Below the pieces are notes generated by a model. It saw only the letters and a program-made list of their open reading frames with translations, was not told the origin of the DNA and made no database searches. Below, in pieces: positions 14,072 to 23,902 of a DNA stretch of 62,000 bases; position 1 is the first letter of the stretch, and every line of letters begins with the position of its first letter. The position numbers and the translations under genes are program-made. The DNA lies in assembly GCA_013265495.1 (NCBI GenBank), contig MU057781.1, forward strand, positions 124,001 to 186,000. The letters are read 5' to 3'. The DNA is from Vicugna vicugna (lineage: Eukaryota).

Positions 14072-14090
14072 TGATACCTCTAGTGGTAGC
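14072..14090 (-). promoter_or_regulatory. Possible CTCF motif in intron 1
   Basis: Minus strand gctaCCACTAGAGGtatca matches the CCACTAGRGG core; the 3' part deviates from GCGC. Confidence 0.3.
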
Positions 14091-14821
14091 ACTCGGATAT
14101 ATCAACTCCTTCAAAATATCCAAAAAGCTACCAACGTTTATTCAAAAAACCTTAACATGAACTGAATCACATATCAAAATACGATATCTAAGACCACATA
14201 TATGCTGTATTATTAAGTCTGAAGACCAATTCAGGAAGCGTTAACATCTTTTAGAAACACTCACAAGATAATACTGGAATTAAATTAATTAAACGGTATA
14301 TTCTAAAATCCATTCATTCGAATATGCTAATAAGGACAATCACTGGAATAAAATACATGTTATTTCCTGATTTAAATGCATCGCATAGTTAGATAGCAAA
14401 CAATGGATCTTGCCAAAACCAGCTTGCCTTGCTCTGTTGCACCATTAATCAAAGGTACAGCCACTTTTTCTTTCTAATTCCAGGTTTTAAACGCCAAACT
14501 CTTCTAAAGTGCACTATGACACTAGCTAATTTGGCTAGTGTCAAATTAGCTCGGGCAGATAGCGGATGGGAGTGGGAATCACCAGCAGCATTTCTCAGCA
14601 TTAAAGGCAGGATTTCCCTGCAGGCTTTCTCTGGTTTGAATTTCCTTAAGCGCTGTCCTGAGTCTATTTTCAAATGAAAAAAAAAAGCTAGATCAGAATC
14701 TGAAATAGCTATTGATTCCCAGCTTGCTTCTCAAGCCTGGCAGAGACTGTAAAAGTATTAACTTCTCCTCTGCAAGCTGGCCACGGTGGGCAGCCGAAAC
14801 GCTCGGCTCCGAGGCGGCTAC

Positions 14822-14847
14822 TTCAGCACCGCGCTCTGGACAGCGAC
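14822..14847 (+). promoter_or_regulatory. Non-canonical (split) RE1/NRSE REST site in intron 1
   Basis: TTCAGCACC-gcgctct-GGACAGCGAC: perfect left half-site and near-perfect right half-site, with a 7-nt instead of 2-nt spacer. Confidence 0.65.
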
Positions 14848-15169
14848 CCCGGCCGCGGCGAAAGTTGTGGCCCAGGCGGTCCCAACTCCGGCCCCGGGGT
14901 GCGGGCCTCCCAGCTGCTCCGCTGAGAGACCGGGAAGAGCACTGCCAACACTGCCGACCGGCACAACGGGACGTCGAAGCATGAACTTCGTTGCCGATGC
15001 ATGGCTGCCAGGCTGCGCCCTGGTGCTCTGGGGAGCCGAGGACCACCGCGGGGGGAAACGGCGCGAGCCCCGGGGCCAGGGCCGCCGAGCCGGGCAAGGG
15101 CCGCGCCCAGGGGGCAGAGGGGAGGCCGGGGGCCTCAAACGGGGGGCCGGGGGCCGGGGGACACGTTAC

Positions 15170-15502
15170 CTGCCCGTTGAGCAAGGGGTAGTGGTGCACG
15201 GCGGCGGCGGCGTGGTCTGGCGCAGAGGGCAGCGGCAGCAGAGGCAGCAGGGGCTCGCCCGCGGCTTGCCAGCCGGGCGGCCCCGGGAGCAGAGGGGCGG
15301 CGGGGGCCTGGGCCGAGGCGAGCAGCACTGGCGGGGGAGCGACCCCGGCGCCCAGCCGGAGCAGCCCGGCCGAGCCAGGGACCATCCAAACCCAGGGCGG
15401 CGGCGGCGGCGGGTCTGCATTCATCGGCCAGAGAAGAGGCTGCCGCCGCCGGGGCTGCTGCAGCTGCCGCCTCCGCCGCTGGAGCCTGGTGCCCACCAGC
15501 AT
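15170..15502 (-). CDS. TCERG1L: TCERG1L coding exon 1 (111 aa, Arg/Gln-rich then Pro-rich N-terminus)
   Basis: Translation [50 protein letters not shown]...PLLNGQ closely matches the human TCERG1L N-terminus as I recall it. It ends at donor CAG|GTAACG (GT at 15169-15168). 333 nt, phase 0, inside a CpG island. Confidence 0.95.
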
Positions 15503-15503
15503 C

Positions 15504-15509
15504 CTACAT
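15504..15509 (-). promoter_or_regulatory. Minimal uORF (ATG-TAG start-stop) 1 nt upstream of the TCERG1L ATG
   Basis: Minus strand reads gcgcgggg ATG TAG g ATG CTG GTG. Confidence 0.75.
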
Positions 15510-18500
15510 CCCCGCGCGGGCGGCGGTGGCGGGGTCGGCGGGGGCAGCGGGCGCCCGAGGTGCGGGCCGGCGGCGGCGCGGGCTCCGGAGCGAACTCACT
15601 TGGTTCCGCGGCGCGGCCGCTCGCTCCGCCCCTGCCCCGCGCGGGGAGCCCCTCCTCCCTCCCGCCGCCCTCCTCTGCGATCGCGGCCGCCCGCGCCTCC
15701 GCCGCCCCCTGGGCCCGGGTGCAGCCCACGGAGCCCCCCAGTTCCGGGCTCTGGGCAACACGAGCCCCTGGACACCCGCGGGGGCCGGCGTGGGAGGGGG
15801 CGGGAACGGAGAGGGCGGGGACGGGGAGCGGCGGGGGCGCGGGGCGCTGGGGGCGCGCCTGGCCCGGATCCGGCGGATCGCTAAGATGCGGCCGCTGGAG
15901 GCCGCCGGCTCTCGAGGATGGGGCCCACGGCGGGGAAGGCGCCCTCGGCCGGGTCGGGAGCCAGGGTCCACGAGCAGCAGCGAACGGAGACCAAGGTGGC
16001 TGCGCCGAGCCGGGAACGTCCCACCGCCGGGCGGGGCTGGGGGCGCCGGCTGGGGCCATGCGCGAGCCCCTCTCTTCGTGGTTTAACCTGGGTCAAGAGC
16101 GCAAGGCCCCTGGGGGATGAAGGCTGCAGCCCCCGACGCCAAGCGGGCACCGATGGTCACTGGGGACAGGCAACTTCTCTCTCTGGAAGATCTGCCACTT
16201 TCCTAAGCCCCCAGCAGGTCTTCTGCCCCGGCGGCCCCCATCGCACGCCCCGCTAGCTCAGCACGATGCTCAAGGCAGGTCGCCTCTGGGCCTTTGCACA
16301 GTACGTCCGGCTGTCGCTGGGACTGCCCACTCTGTACTGGTCCTGGATTCTCCCGGGCACAGAATTGTGCTCCACAGTTGCCCGCCGCACGCGGCGTCTG
16401 CAGCGCAACCTGAACTGCCTGGGGCTGAGGAGCGACCCCTCCTGCAAGGACTCTTCGCTCGGCCTGCGCAGCCGAGCCGGCTCCGCGCTGGTCACAGGCG
16501 GTTGCCGCCAGGCGGCGCGCGCCCCCGCTGACCTCCCTCCTGCCGTGGTCCCAGGTCGGTGCGTTCTCTCCCTCCGATGCCCCGGCTGTGAGACCCAGCC
16601 CAGCCCTGCGCAGTTCGTGCTGAGAGCTGGTGAGACTTCATGAGCTCATCAACTCAGATCGCTAACGCTTGAGAAGCCGGACCGCGATTAACACGCAAGC
16701 CCAGCGCTTCTTAGGAGCATTTGGCGAAGGCCTTTCCTGCCGCCCGAAGCAGGAGGGGGCTGTTATGAAGCATACTTTTAAGAGCTGGTATGCAAAGCCC
16801 ACCCTGACCTGGGCGGGAGAGCATGCACCCACCAGGCACACCCCGGGACACCCCGGGACTCGCCAGGCGCGGCTCGCTCTCCTCCCCCGGGGCTGGTCCT
16901 CTGCCCTCCCTCCCGCCGTAGACTAAAGCACCGCAGTGCTTCCAGTTTGAGTCTAGGGTGGTTCCCTCCTTCTCCCAATTTGCTCCATTTCCTCCTGGCC
17001 TGGCATGATTTCTTTTAGATCCGGGCATATGCTAATTTACATAGCTGGCATCACCGTATTTTCCTCCACACCAACCGCTTTTCAATTAGCAAGTTTCTCT
17101 CTTTGATGCAAGAGTACTGGCAAGATTTTGTTTTTTCTCACCTACAGTCAGAAAGCTCTGCAGATCAGAAGCCTGCTACTATTTCGCTTAAGCCGTTAAT
17201 TCATGCACATACATTTGTACATGCAGACACCCATGATGTGTCTTGATCTTGGTGGCCACGGTTAGACTGAGAGACTGGGGCAGGGGTCTTCAGTTGAGCT
17301 AGTGCGGACCCCTTGAGGGTCCTGTTTGAAGAGGAGTCTTTCGGCCTTTCTTAGTGCCTGGCCGGCAGGCTGCTCTCAACAAAAGCAAAGTGCTATGTGC
17401 GCTGAGCCCAGGCTCCTGGGAAGGTAGGGAGCTGTGACGTGCGGATGCTTCAGCAGGTGTTTGGGGGGAGTCTCACCCACTCCCACACAGCTCTGTCCTT
17501 GGAATGGTTCTGCTAAAGTCAGCTTTTGTCAACTGGCGATGTTTATTCCCTCCCGGGCTTCCCAGTTTCTTGAGAGCAGGATGCCCTGGGCAACTGCTTG
17601 GCTCTGAACAGGAGCGGGGACATCACAAGCATGCTCACTCAGAGAACCTCAGAGTAGCCCGAACTCCTCGGCCGCTTCCTGCCACAGCTTGACTGCGTTC
17701 ACTTATCACAGCTTCGAGCCCCTTTCTGTACCTCACTGTGTGCCGAGTTCTGGGACCCGGCAGAGGACAACACAGATGCCACTTCCACTAGCTAATCGAT
17801 GGACACCAAGGGGACCTGGGAGATGGGCTTAGCCCCTGCTTTGGGCTCTTGTTCCAATCAGATTCATTTCAAGGTTTCTCCACACACTGCACTCAACCCA
17901 GGAAGAACCGGATGCCCCTGTAGACAGCAGAGCGCCTCCTGGTGGATGCTCTCATTCCAAAGGCTATTTAAGTGGACTCTTTTAAAGCAGGAAGCACTTT
18001 CTCCTTGAAGACCAGAGATCAGGGGGCCGCCCGTCTGCCAGGTAAACCTGTTCTGTGGTGGGCAGGGGTACTTACCTGTCAGCGCCTCCAGGGATCCGCC
18101 CTGGGCTGGCACCCCATTAACTCAGGCCCTTTATCTCCCTGTAAAAATCAGTGAGAAATTTTCCTTGTAAAGGGTTTTATACACAATCCAGCCTCAAGTT
18201 CATGTAACCAGTAAAAACAACCTTAAGTCCGTCCATATTATTCAGGCAAAAGCAGCAGAAATTCCCAGCTAATCTGTGACAGACTGAGGAAAGATGAGAC
18301 CCACTCCAGGGAAACGTGCGAATTATCCCCCCATGCTAATGAGTTCTGCATTGTTTATTATCTTCAGGAAAAAAGGAATGTGGTGTGTCAGGGAGAGATC
18401 AATGAAATAAGATTTTGCAGCTTGTAGAAGGTTTTTTTAAAAAAGTTTTTACTCTTTTTCTAAGTAAAACATAATAGATCCCCCCCCCCAAAAAGGGAGA

Positions 18501-18689
18501 GACAAAGATGAAGATGTTTCCTTCCAGGCCTGCAGAGTTAAACAATCCCCAGGGAACAGGAGGGAGGCAGGGGACCGCGATGTCTGCTCAGCAGGGCCCT
18601 GCCCCGCCCACCCACTCACACCGTCAGAACAGCTTTCCAAAACACACGCTGATGCAACTGGGTCCTTCCTCGCTGAAGACTCGCCAAGT

Positions 18690-18860
18690 GTGAGCGATGA
18701 GGCCCTGGGTGAAAGCCACGGACGAGAGCCACGGCGCGGGAGGCTGGTGTCTTCAGGGGGAGGAGCTGACAGCTTGACACCCGACTCAGCGCAGGGCGAG
18801 AGGAGCGGGGGTAAGAGTCACTTCCCAAGTTGTCCTAAGCCTGGGAGCCGGCAGCTGGGC
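18690..18860. mobile_element. Probable MIR SINE remnant
   Basis: 'ggtaagagtcacttcccaagttgtcc' resembles the MIR core (gttaagtgacttgcccaaggtcac). Confidence 0.4.
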
Positions 18861-21474
18861 ATCGCTTCCCAGAGACGAGGACGAGCAACAGAGGAGAGAG
18901 GTCGCCCTCAACGGGATGACTTTCAAGGTGCCGAGGGACACCTGGAAACCCCATCTGTGCCACGGTTGGCAATTCCAATCTGGAGTCAGGAGCGAAGTCT
19001 TGGATGGAGGCACAACTGGAATTAGCACCAGAATGGAGAGGGACGGCTGTATGTGATGGGGTCACCCCAGGAGGGCACAGAGTGGGGGAGGAGAGGCCAG
19101 GGGCTCAAGTGTGGGGACTCACACTCCCCAGGGAACCTGGAGGTAGACAGAGGCAGGCGGCGGCAGAAAGCCACCTGGATGGGCAATGTGCGCTTGATTG
19201 TTGAAGGGTGTTATCACTGAGTTTGTCATAAACGCAGTATGCAGAATATCTGGAAAACATAGAAAAGCATCGTGCATCAAGCCCACTCAGAGAAAAGAAT
19301 TCGACCCTTTCGCTGACCTCTCCTTCATGGTAGTTTCTCTATGCATCTCTCTCTATATAATGTGATGTGTATATTGTATATATATTATAGAGAGAGCATC
19401 TTATATTATTGCACTTGATATTAAATTGCATTTTATAATAAAGAGTTTTAAACCTTATTTTTCACTCAGCATCATAGCATGAGTGGCTCCCCACACTGTT
19501 AAAAAGCCCCGGAGGGCCCCCCCTCCATCAACAGCAGAGCAGACAGCTCACTGAGCGCGTGCAGGAGTGGAGGCGCGTCTGCCCCAGGTGGGAAGAGGCA
19601 GCCGATGTGGACCGCAGTGCCTCTCACCCAACAGCCTGTCCACGTTTTGTAGCAATAAAGAACCACCTGTCTACATGCCTAGCTTGCTGCCTGTCCATCT
19701 ATCTAGAATGTATACCGAATGTCCCAACTCCTGGAGTGCATGGAGACTGTGTGGGGCAGTGAGGCCCCTGAAAACCAGACACCCCAGGAAGATACTCGAA
19801 GCTTGACTCCGAGGATGCCCAGGACAGAGCAGAAGCCCCCGTCTCTCCCCAGAGCACTTCTCAAGGGCCACACTGATCCTGGGTCATTGCGTGCCTCAGG
19901 TCAGCTCAGTGGAGAGGCCCTGGGGGTCAGGAACCACATGTCCCTCCCTCTTCTTTCCACACCGCCCAGTAAGCAATCAGTAGTGCCCAGTGACTAGAAC
20001 AGAGGACCCCTCGTGCTGGATTGAAGCCCAGCCCGGGATCAACCAGAGGTTTATTACTGAACCCCCAGTGGGTGCAAAGGACAGGCAGCTGTATGATGAC
20101 CACGTCCCGCCCAACAGACAGGAGCGCAGCCAGGGCTTTGAAGGTTGTGACCTGCACAAAGGAGCCCAGCCAGAGGGTCTGTGGGTCAGCCCAGCACGGG
20201 GGCGTGTCCCCCCCGAGGGGTGACCTCCTGAGGTGCACACCAAGGTAGTCCGGGTGCCAGGCTCTAGAGAGTGTCCGTGAGGGAGACAGATGCCCCTGTG
20301 AAGCTTAGCGTCCAGGGGGTGGGCAACAGTCCCCAACAGGTGACCACAAAGAGCAGTGGACCCTGCTCTCCTGGGTGTCTGGGGACCAGAGAGCCAGCGG
20401 AGGGAGAGGGACAGGCATCCTCTGTGAGGCCACCTGCCCGCATTCCATTCTTTCTGTTCTTTAGACCCAGGGAAACCTGAGACGGTAGGGAGGCCAGAGA
20501 CTGGGGAGCAGCTGGGCACTCTCAGGCCCGGCTCCCAGAGTGTTGGGGGTCCTATTGCCCCCATCCTATGCCACTGGCCCTTGCCTGTGCCCTTTTCTGG
20601 CCGAAGGCTGCCTGACCAGCCCTGCTGCGGAGGGAGGCGACAGGGGCCTGTAATCTCAGCAGAACGTGATTGATGGGCACTTATAACAAGGAGGGAAGGG
20701 AAGACACTTGGTGCGGTGCATCCTCGCCAGCCACACCATTTATCAGCCTTGTTCTCGGCACACACATCTGGTGGCATGATTTGTGGGGTCTGGAGACATG
20801 AAATCGTTTGCATTTTCTCTACAAAGCCAGGACCAACAAATAGGAGCCACCAGGATGAGAGAGAGCTAAGCAGGCCTTCCACCTGTCAGAAAACACCTCC
20901 ACCACCAATTCTGACGCAAAACTTTATGCTTATGTGTCCTTCTGTTCTGTTCTGTCAAAGCATGTCGGTCCCATGTCAGATGACACCACCTTGGTCACCC
21001 TGCTCCAACCTGTCTGACGTAAAGCACTCCCCACCCCCTACCCAGACCTCTAACCAGGGCTGGCGGGGGACAGGAATTCCCAGGTCGGCCTCCTGTGGAG
21101 AGGTGCCTTGGCCGTCACTCAGCTTAATTACACGGTGGCCGGGCCACACGCAGACACGCAGGAGAGAAACGTGCCGCAGCAGCCCCGCTAACTGGACATA
21201 ATGCCGGAGGAGAAGCGGCTCGGTCTGAACCGGGAAAGGGTGTAGACTGTCAGGTGTGTTCTCAACGCGGCCTTACTGTTTGGGGCACAACCAGCAGCAC
21301 AGGGTGGCGGGAGGCCGGGGAAGCCGGCGGTGCTGCCTCCAGCAGGCGAGACGCCTTCGCTCCTAGTCAGCCTCCCCTCTGCAAGGCTGCACTGGGCAGT
21401 CCCAGCCGGGAGTCAGCACAGGAGACAGCAGAGTGCAGACCTGACCCACAGCACAGTTCTTTTCTTCAGTTCCT

Positions 21475-21645
21475 ATTTTTCACTGAAGTTTTGTCGATTT
21501 ACAATGTTAGTTTCAGGTGTACAGCAAAGGGATTCACTTATACACATACATACGCATATATATTCAGATTCGTTTCCACTACAGCTCCTTACAAGAGGTT
21601 GAATATGGTTCCCTGTGCTCTACAGTAGGTCCTTGCTGTTTATCT
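21475..21645 (-). mobile_element. Short younger L1 3'-end fragment of cetartiodactyl type
   Basis: 'gtcgatttacaatgttagtttcaggtgtacagcaaagggattcacttatac...ttgaatatggttccctgtgctctacagtaggtccttgctgtttatcta' matches the L1 3' UTR terminus I recall from cetartiodactyl genomes. Confidence 0.7.
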
Positions 21646-23199
21646 AATCTTTAGAGCCACCAGACACAATGCCTGGGGAGAGGACGGTCTGCACCGGTCC
21701 CAGCTGGTGGAGCTGACCAGGATGCTGACGATCACCGCTCACCTACCTTCCCGGCGTGTTGGCAGCATCCAAGCCGCCCAGAGGCAAGGCCCACCACGCA
21801 GGCTCGCTGGGCACTGTCACCATCAAAGACCAATCCAGCCCACAGTGTGAGCCACGTGTTGGAGCTCAGAGCACTGAGAACGGTGGAAGTGGGTTCCTCC
21901 AGTGGACCAGCCACCGGTGGCCCTGCACCGGCCAGAGTGGCGCACCCGTCCTTGATCTCTGTACGTGTCTGAACACTTCCCTCCTCGTTAGTAGGGTCCA
22001 GCCAGGCAGCCATTCTCCGCAAGTCTTCAATTTAACCAAGCAGCATGCCTTCCCGAGCGGTGACAGCTCTGCGTCTAGCGATCAGAATCCTTTAAATCCA
22101 AGTTCTCTACCCTCAGTGGTGAATTATATTCAACAGAAGGAAAGGAGGAGATGACTGAAGTGCTCTCTGCGCCACTGATTGTCTTAATAATTTTCACCTT
22201 GATCAAATATTCTTAGGGTAAGAAAAAAATAAAAATCACAGACGATAGCCTGTGTTTTTTCTTCTCTGAACAGTTAACTTAAATAATTCTGCACATTCAG
22301 CAAATTCTTCCACTTAACCTTTCCTCTGACTCTTCCAACTCATTAATAAATACATTGAAATATACTTGCTTTGGGAACAGTCTTGGGGGCATTCAACTTC
22401 TGACCTTTTTCCACGCTCAGAATGAGACAGGACAAACGTTTGGATTATTTAGGGACCAGGTAGTAAAAGTGTATACATGAAGCTGGGGGCCCCAAGAGCG
22501 AGGTTTTCATGGGGACACTGGTGGAAGGACAGCTGGGCCATCTTCCTGCTCTACGGGCTCCCTGGAGTGGAGAGGCCTTGCGACCAGCCAGGCAGGATGA
22601 CTCAGCAAAGTGGCAGTGACTTCCCTCTGTGCAAGTCATTCCATAGATATCCACAGTCATCCCATAGGATGCCCACAGTGGTTGGGGGCAGAGGCCCTGT
22701 GGCCCAGCTTCCAGGCCCTATCAGGTAGCTCATAGGATTCTGTCCCTCTCAGGCACCCCCTGCCAAGTCCCCAACATCCCTGGACCTCAGTTATCCATAC
22801 GCGAGAGAGGTTTGGCTCAAGCCAACATTAACATGCAGTGTGGAATCTCTGAGCTCAGTCTGGGTCCTGGGTGTCCTGGGGGCCCTGTGATTCTGCACAA
22901 GTCCTGCCAGCTCCATAGGCTGCTTCCCCAGTGAAAGCTAGAGGTAAGTCACATCGACTTAGCAGGGATCCTACAGAGGCAAAAGGAGGGGGGACCATCT
23001 GGGATACTGACCAGCAGAACCCCCTGAGGTGGGACGTCGCTGAGGCTGACGGGGGCTGAAAAATTCATGTCCCATCTTCACCTCGCTTCCCTGTCCAGGA
23101 GCACACACACTGCTCCTCAGCTCCTCTGTCACCGCCACGTACCCTCCGCCTAAACCAGCGCCTGGAACAGCGCAGCTCAGGAAAGAGCAGGCAGGTGAC

Positions 23200-23572
23200 T
23201 CGGCCCACCCAGCTGCTGCGGTGAGTGTCGGAGACGGCGGCCGGCGCGGCGGACTTCCACTTCCCAAAGCCCCGGAGGCTGGTCAGCCCAAGACCCAGGT
23301 GCCGGCGGGCTCAGCGTCTGGCAAGGAGCTGCCTTCTGGTCCACAGACAGCTGTCCTCTCAACACGCCCCTGTGTGACAAAGGGCAGAGGAAAGCAAGCG
23401 CTTTTGGGACCCTTCAAGGACACCAACCTGTCATGGGGGCGCCACCTTCATGACCTCATCTAAGCCTGATCATCTCCCACAGTCCCCACCCCCAAACACC
23501 ACTACCTCTGGGCCGGGGGGAGGCTTTCAACTGATGGTTTTAGGGAGACACAATCACTCAGACCACAGCAGC
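23200..23572 (-). mobile_element. MLT1A-like MaLR solo LTR
   Basis: Contains 'ccaccttcatgacctcatctaagcctgatcatctccca...ccccaaacacc' and ends 'ggagacacaatcactcagaccacagca', the reverse of the MLT1A 5' end. Confidence 0.75.
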
Positions 23573-23872
23573 TCGCATGTGCAAAAGCTTCCGAACTCCA
23601 TCTCAGCATAAAGCAAAATGCGCAAGAAACCAAGCAGCTTCTGCGGTTGAGGGGCCTTCCTACCAAGAGATGGTGGTCATGCAACAGCCTTTCTGGGCTC
23701 CCAACCAGCAGAACTGGCTCAGAGTCCGCCCACCCTGCACATCTGGACTCTGGAAGCCCCACCCACCGCCTGGGGTCCATGGGCAGGGATGGGGCATGCC
23801 ACGGAAACCTCTCTGGGGCTTCTGGTGTCTCAGAATGGACACTTTCCTCAACACAGAGCAAAGGGCAAAGAT

Positions 23873-23902
23873 TAAAATAAAATAAAATAAAATAAGATAA
23901 AA
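23873..23902. repeat. (TAAAA)n microsatellite, about 6 units
   Basis: Read directly from the sequence; one imperfect unit. Confidence 0.9.

Larger units (their letters stand above)
14780..16920. promoter_or_regulatory. CpG island / TCERG1L promoter with GC boxes
   Basis: Very high GC and CpG density spanning exon 1. GGGCGG boxes at ~15796-15820 and no obvious TATA box. Sharp transition to AT-rich intron DNA left of ~14780. Confidence 0.92.

Noticed and set aside
14693..15169. C-terminal extension of the 269-aa ORF past NGQ
   Set aside because: Read-through into intron 1 after a good GTAACG donor; TCERG1L similarity continues in exon 2 instead.
14786..16120. 444-aa plus-strand ORF antisense to TCERG1L exon 1
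   Set aside because: Starts at GTG and is Gly/Arg/Ala/Pro low-complexity. Long stop-free frames are expected in a very GC-rich island, and no domain was recognised.
19340..19400. Imperfect inverted repeat ctctctctatataat...attatagagagag resembling a pre-miRNA
   Set aside because: Built from simple CT/TA/AG repeats, so the self-complementarity is trivial.
19977..20882. 301-aa minus-strand ORF
   Set aside because: Non-ATG start, no recognisable homology and composition typical of GC-rich non-coding DNA.
21412..21432. Third RE1-like word GTCAGCACAGGAGACAGCAGA
   Set aside because: Mismatch in the conserved CC core and a weak 3' end.
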